Assembly: GCA_035285125.1 (NCBI GenBank)
Contig: JAYKHR010000061.1
Span: forward strand, 1-59,438
DNA from: Candidatus Sericytochromatia bacterium
GTDB lineage: Bacteria; Cyanobacteriota; Sericytochromatia; S15B-MN24; JAQBPE01
Direction of reading: 5' to 3'
Length of the DNA stretch: 59,438 bases
In this document: positions 55,658 through 59,438 of the stretch, piece by piece
Numbering within the stretch: the first letter of the stretch is position 1
Layout: each line of letters starts with the position of its first letter
Notes under the pieces: model-generated
What the model was told of the DNA's origin: nothing
Database searches by the model: none
The model's input: the letters and a program-made list of their open reading frames with translations, nothing else
Translations under genes and position numbers: made by a program

Positions 55658-56212
55658 ATGTCCGCCACCGACACCGACACCAAGCTTTCGCCCCTGGACG
55701 CTCTCAAGGAGCGCTTCCCGGCGGCCCTCGTCTCCACCTTGCACTTCAAGGGCGACGACAGCGTCGTGGTCCGCAAGGATGACCTCGTGGCCGTGATGAC
55801 CTTCCTGCGGGACGAGGCTGGCCTGGCCTTCAACTTCTTGATGGATGTGACCGGCGTCGACTACCTCACCTACCCCGAGCCGCGCCCCAAGCGCTTCGAG
55901 GTTGCCTACCACCTGTACTCCTTGCGTTGGGGGCACCGGCTGCGGGTGAAGGTCCAGGTCTCGCTCGGTGAGAACGTTCCCACGCTGAGCGACGTGTGGG
56001 CGTCGGCTGACTGGGGCGAGCGAGAGTGCTGGGAGATGTTCGGGATCGGCTTCGACGGCCACCCGAACCTGCGCCGACTGCTCACTCACAAGGATTTCGT
56101 GGGGTACCCCCTCCGCAAGGACTACCCCGTGAAGAAGCGGCAGCCCCTGTCCGAGTCGGACACCATGGTCGACGAAATGGAGCAGCGCCTCCGTTTCAAG
56201 GGCCTCAAGTAG
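55658..56212 (+). CDS. nuoC: NADH-quinone oxidoreductase subunit C
   Basis: DVTGVDY, RFEVAYHL, ERECWEMFGI.F.GHPNLRRLL, GYPLRKDYP. Confidence 0.95.
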   Translation: MSATDTDTKLSPLDALKERFPAALVSTLHFKGDDSVVVRKDDLVAVMTFLRDEAGLAFNFLMDVTGVDYLTYPEPRPKRFEVAYHLYSLRWGHRLRVKVQVSLGENVPTLSDVWASADWGERECWEMFGIGFDGHPNLRRLLTHKDFVGYPLRKDYPVKKRQPLSESDTMVDEMEQRLRFKGLK

Positions 56213-56231
56213 AGGGCCGGAGGTCACATCG

Positions 56232-57473
56232 ATGAAGGTTCTTAGCCTCGAAAACAAGCCGTCGGTGGTCCCCGCAGGGGAAGAGCCCCAGACGTACCAG
56301 GACCTCCACACGGAGTTGATGTTCCTGAACCTCGGGCCCTCTCACCCGGCCAGCCACGGCACGCTGCGCACCTTCGTCGCCTTGGACGGTGAGTCGATTG
56401 CTGCGGCCGTCACCGAGATCGGCTACCTGCACCGGGGGTTCGAGAAGACCTGTGAGGTGCGAACCTACAACCAGGTCATTCCTTACACGGACCGCCTCAA
56501 CTACTGTTCGGCGATTCTGAACAACATCGGCTTCGCCAAGGCCGTTGAGCGGATGCTCGACATCGAGATCACCGACCGCTGCAAGTTCCTGCGCGTCATC
56601 GTGGGCGAGCTGATGCGCGTGGTTGACCACTGCATCTGCATCGGCACCAACCTGGTCGATATCGGCGCGCTGACCAACTTCTGGTACCTCTTCAACAAGC
56701 GGGAAGAGGTTTACACGGTGCTGGAGAAGCTTACGGGCGCTCGGCTGACCAACAGCTTCACGCGCATCGGAGGCCTTTATCGCGACGCCTACGACGGCTT
56801 CGAAGCAGATGTGTTGGAGCTTTGCAAGGGGCTGGAACAGGCTGCCACCGAGGTGCATGGGCTGATCGCGAAGAACCGCATCTTCGTCGACCGCACCCAA
56901 GGCATCTGCATCCTGACGCCGGAGCGGGCGATGTCTTACGGCTTCACCGGGCCGAACCTGCGGGCTTGCGGCGTGCCCTACGACATCCGGAAGACGCACC
57001 CCTACTATTACTACGACACGTTCGATTGGGATATCGCCCTTGGCTCGACCGGCGACACCTACGACCGCATCATGATCCGCTTCATCGAAATCGAACAGTC
57101 GATCCGGATCATCCGACAGGCCGTCAAGCAGTTGCCCGGTGGGCCCGTCAATGTGGATGACAAGCGGGTCACGCTGCCGCCCAAGACGGACACCTACCAG
57201 AACATCGAGGGCCTGATCAACCATTTCAAGTTGGTCTTTGAGGGCGTCAAGGTGCCGCCGGGCGAGATTTACGACGCCACCGAGGCGGGCAACGGCGAGT
57301 TGGGGTTCCACATCGTCTCCGACGGTTCCGGCTACCCCTACCGCATCAAGTGCCGCCCGCCCTGCTTCTACGCCTTCAATGCCTTCCACGAGATGGTCGA
57401 GGGGCACCTGATCGCCGACGCGGTCGCCACCTTGGGGTCCATCAACATCATCGCCGGCGAGCTCGAGCGCTAG
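56232..57473 (+). CDS. nuoD: NADH-quinone oxidoreductase subunit D
   Basis: NLGPSHPASHGTLR, IGYLHRGFEK, YTDRLNY, GELG, GELER. Confidence 0.96.
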   Translation: MKVLSLENKPSVVPAGEEPQTYQDLHTELMFLNLGPSHPASHGTLRTFVALDGESIAAAVTEIGYLHRGFEKTCEVRTYNQVIPYTDRLNYCSAILNNIGFAKAVERMLDIEITDRCKFLRVIVGELMRVVDHCICIGTNLVDIGALTNFWYLFNKREEVYTVLEKLTGARLTNSFTRIGGLYRDAYDGFEADVLELCKGLEQAATEVHGLIAKNRIFVDRTQGICILTPERAMSYGFTGPNLRACGVPYDIRKTHPYYYYDTFDWDIALGSTGDTYDRIMIRFIEIEQSIRIIRQAVKQLPGGPVNVDDKRVTLPPKTDTYQNIEGLINHFKLVFEGVKVPPGEIYDATEAGNGELGFHIVSDGSGYPYRIKCRPPCFYAFNAFHEMVEGHLIADAVATLGSINIIAGELER

Positions 57474-57499
57474 CCGTCCCCTGCTAGGAGTCAGGTCTC

Positions 57500-57976
57500 A
57501 TGGCCTACCAGTTCTCCCCCGAGACGAAAGAAAAGTTCGACGCCCTCGTCAAGCGCTACCCGCAGAAGAAGGCCGCGCTGATCCCCACGCTGTGGCTCGC
57601 GCAAGACGAACTCGGCTGGCTGTCGCCGGAGGCGTTGGCTTACTGCGCCGGGCTCCTTGGTCTGCCGGCGTCGAAGGCCTACAGCGTGGCCTCGTTCTAC
57701 ACCATGTTCAACCTCAAGCCTGTCGGGCGTCACAAGGTCGAGGTCTGCCGGACGCTGTCTTGCGCGATGTGCGGGGCGTTCGAGATCCTCGACCACCTCG
57801 AGGCCCGGCTCGGCATCAAGGTCGGAGAGACCACGGAAGATGGGCGGGTCACGCTGATGACCCAGGAGTGTCTGGCTGCTTGCGGGATGGGGCCAGTGAT
57901 GCAAGTCAATGGCCGGCGCTACTACGAGAACCTCACGTCCCAGCGGGTCGATGAGATCCTCGCGAGCCTGGCCTGA
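57500..57976 (+). CDS. nuoE: NADH-quinone oxidoreductase subunit E
   Basis: VASFYTMF, VCRTLSC..CG, ECLAACG.GP.M 2Fe-2S ligands. Confidence 0.95.
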   Translation: MAYQFSPETKEKFDALVKRYPQKKAALIPTLWLAQDELGWLSPEALAYCAGLLGLPASKAYSVASFYTMFNLKPVGRHKVEVCRTLSCAMCGAFEILDHLEARLGIKVGETTEDGRVTLMTQECLAACGMGPVMQVNGRRYYENLTSQRVDEILASLA

Positions 57977-57985
57977 GGAGGCCCT

Positions 57986-59332
57986 ATGTCGTTTCCCAAG
58001 ATCCTGACCGCCAACTGGGGCGTTCCCGACAGCCACCACATCAATGTGGCCATGTCGCGTGGTGCCTACGAGACAGCGCGTGCCGTGCTGGGGGGCGCCC
58101 GCTCGCCCGACGATGTCACGGCCGAGGTGAAGAAGAGCGGCCTTCGCGGGCGCGGTGGCGCCGGATTCCCTACTGGGATGAAGTGGGGTTTCCTCCCCAA
58201 GGGGGACCCCCGGCCCCGCTACCTGGTCATCAACGCGGACGAGTCCGAGCCGGGCACCTACAAGGACCGTCGGATTATCGAGAACGACCCGCACATGCTC
58301 ATCGAGGGCTGCATCCTCGCCTCCTATGCCATCGGGGCGCACGACTGCTACATCTACGTTCGCGGCGAGTTCTGGAGCCAGCAGAGCGTCTTGCGGCAGG
58401 CCGTGCAAGAGGCCTACAACAAGGGCTTTCTCGGCGCGCGCTGCTTCGGCACGGACTTCAAGCTCGACATTACCGTCCACTCGGGCGCAGGGGCCTACAT
58501 CTGTGGTGAGGAGACGGCCTTGCTCACGTCTCTTGAAGGCGAGCGTGGCTACCCGAGGCTGAAGCCTCCCTTTCCCGCGACGCATGGCCTGTTCCAGTGC
58601 CCGACGGTGGTGAACAACGTCGAGACCATTGCCAACGTGCCCTGGATTGTCCGGAACGGCGGCGACGCCTATTCCAAGATCGGTAAGTTCGTGGTCGGCC
58701 CCGACGGCCGTCCCCAGATCGACTCGCGGGGCACGCGCCTGATGTGCGCCTCCGGTGCCATCAACAAGCCCGGCGTGCACGAGATTCCGCTCGGCATTTC
58801 GCTGATGGAGTACATCGACGACTACTGTGGTGGCGTGAAGGGCGAGCTCAAGGCTGCCATTCCGGGCGGCTCTTCGTGCCCCATCCTCACGGCCGACGAG
58901 ACCCGCAGCGTCGAGATGACCTACGAGTCGATGGCCAAGCACGGCACGATGTTCGGGTCGGGCGGCCTCATCGTTATTGACCAGGACACCAGCCTTGTCT
59001 GGGCGCTGCACAACCTGCTGCGGTTCTACTCGCACGAGTCTTGCGGGCAGTGCACGCCGTGCCGCGAGGGCACGGATTGGCTCTACAAGATTCTCGGCAG
59101 GATGCTGCAGGGCAAGGGCTCTGAGGCCGATCTCCAGGAGATCCTCGACATCGCGGACAACATGGAAGGCCGGACCATCTGCGCCCTTGCCGCCGCTGCG
59201 ACCATGCCGACGCGCAGCTACATCCAGAAGTTCAAGGCCGAGTTCGTCTCCTACTTCGTCAAGGGCGGGCGTCCCGTGGACCGTCGTGGCCGGTACCTGC
59301 CGGCGGCGGCACCCGTCGCCGCGTCCGTCTAG
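57986..59332 (+). CDS. nuoF: NADH-quinone oxidoreductase subunit F
   Basis: SGLRGRGGAGFPTG.KW, NADESEPGTYKDR, GAGAYICGEETAL, HESCGQCTPCREG. Confidence 0.97.
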   Translation: MSFPKILTANWGVPDSHHINVAMSRGAYETARAVLGGARSPDDVTAEVKKSGLRGRGGAGFPTGMKWGFLPKGDPRPRYLVINADESEPGTYKDRRIIENDPHMLIEGCILASYAIGAHDCYIYVRGEFWSQQSVLRQAVQEAYNKGFLGARCFGTDFKLDITVHSGAGAYICGEETALLTSLEGERGYPRLKPPFPATHGLFQCPTVVNNVETIANVPWIVRNGGDAYSKIGKFVVGPDGRPQIDSRGTRLMCASGAINKPGVHEIPLGISLMEYIDDYCGGVKGELKAAIPGGSSCPILTADETRSVEMTYESMAKHGTMFGSGGLIVIDQDTSLVWALHNLLRFYSHESCGQCTPCREGTDWLYKILGRMLQGKGSEADLQEILDIADNMEGRTICALAAAATMPTRSYIQKFKAEFVSYFVKGGRPVDRRGRYLPAAAPVAASV

Positions 59333-59348
59333 AAACCGAGGCTCGCGG

Positions 59349-59438
59349 ATGGCAACCTTCACGCTCAACGGCAACCAGGTCGAGGCCCCCGATGGGATGA
59401 ACCTCATCGAGGCCGCGAAGCTGCACGGGGTCGAAATC
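59349..59438 (+). CDS. nuoG: NADH-quinone oxidoreductase subunit G; partial, runs off window end
   Basis: MATFTLNGNQVEAPDGMNLIEAAKLHGVEI, a 2Fe-2S N-terminus directly after nuoF. Confidence 0.8.
   Translation, partial: MATFTLNGNQVEAPDGMNLIEAAKLHGVEI

Overview
High-GC bacterial chromosomal window with about 50 genes and one tRNA-Gly(GCC). I found no integrase, transposase, prophage or CRISPR array. Several genes look cyanobacterial: a TIGR03492-type LpxB-like protein, RuvB starting MAIISS, ClpS, an SLH-porin and a cyanophycinase. There is also a full NADH-input complex I (nuoABCDEFG...) and a lipoprotein with an 'IANNAGGL' repeat. Together these suggest a non-photosynthetic relative of Cyanobacteria, most likely Ca. 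Sericytochromatia (inference). Housekeeping genes are ndk, upp, cinA, hppA, rlmD, a GDPD, rsmI, ruvB, ilvE, clpS, rplS and nuoA-G. The most notable modules are: (1) a pspA (ESCRT-III fold) + classic AAA ATPase gene pair, reminiscent of ESCRT-III/Vps4; (2) an RsbW-STAS partner switch coupled to a GAF-GAF-GGDEF cyclase rather than a phosphatase or sigma factor; (3) a co-oriented run PilZ / SLH-porin / lipoprotein / degenerate DNA-methylase-like / DUF4388 / MglB / MglA; (4) a two-component / ATPase-less Clp-N / peptide SBP / exported pseudo-dimeric cyanophycinase cluster; (5) tandem GH57 genes, one with a ~160-aa insertion and one lacking the catalytic nucleophile; (6) a zincin-propeller-Omp85 fusion. 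There are also recurrent TTAAC-type intergenic sites and a Gram-positive-type SOS box before ruvB. All calls come from motif recognition by eye; no database searches were run.
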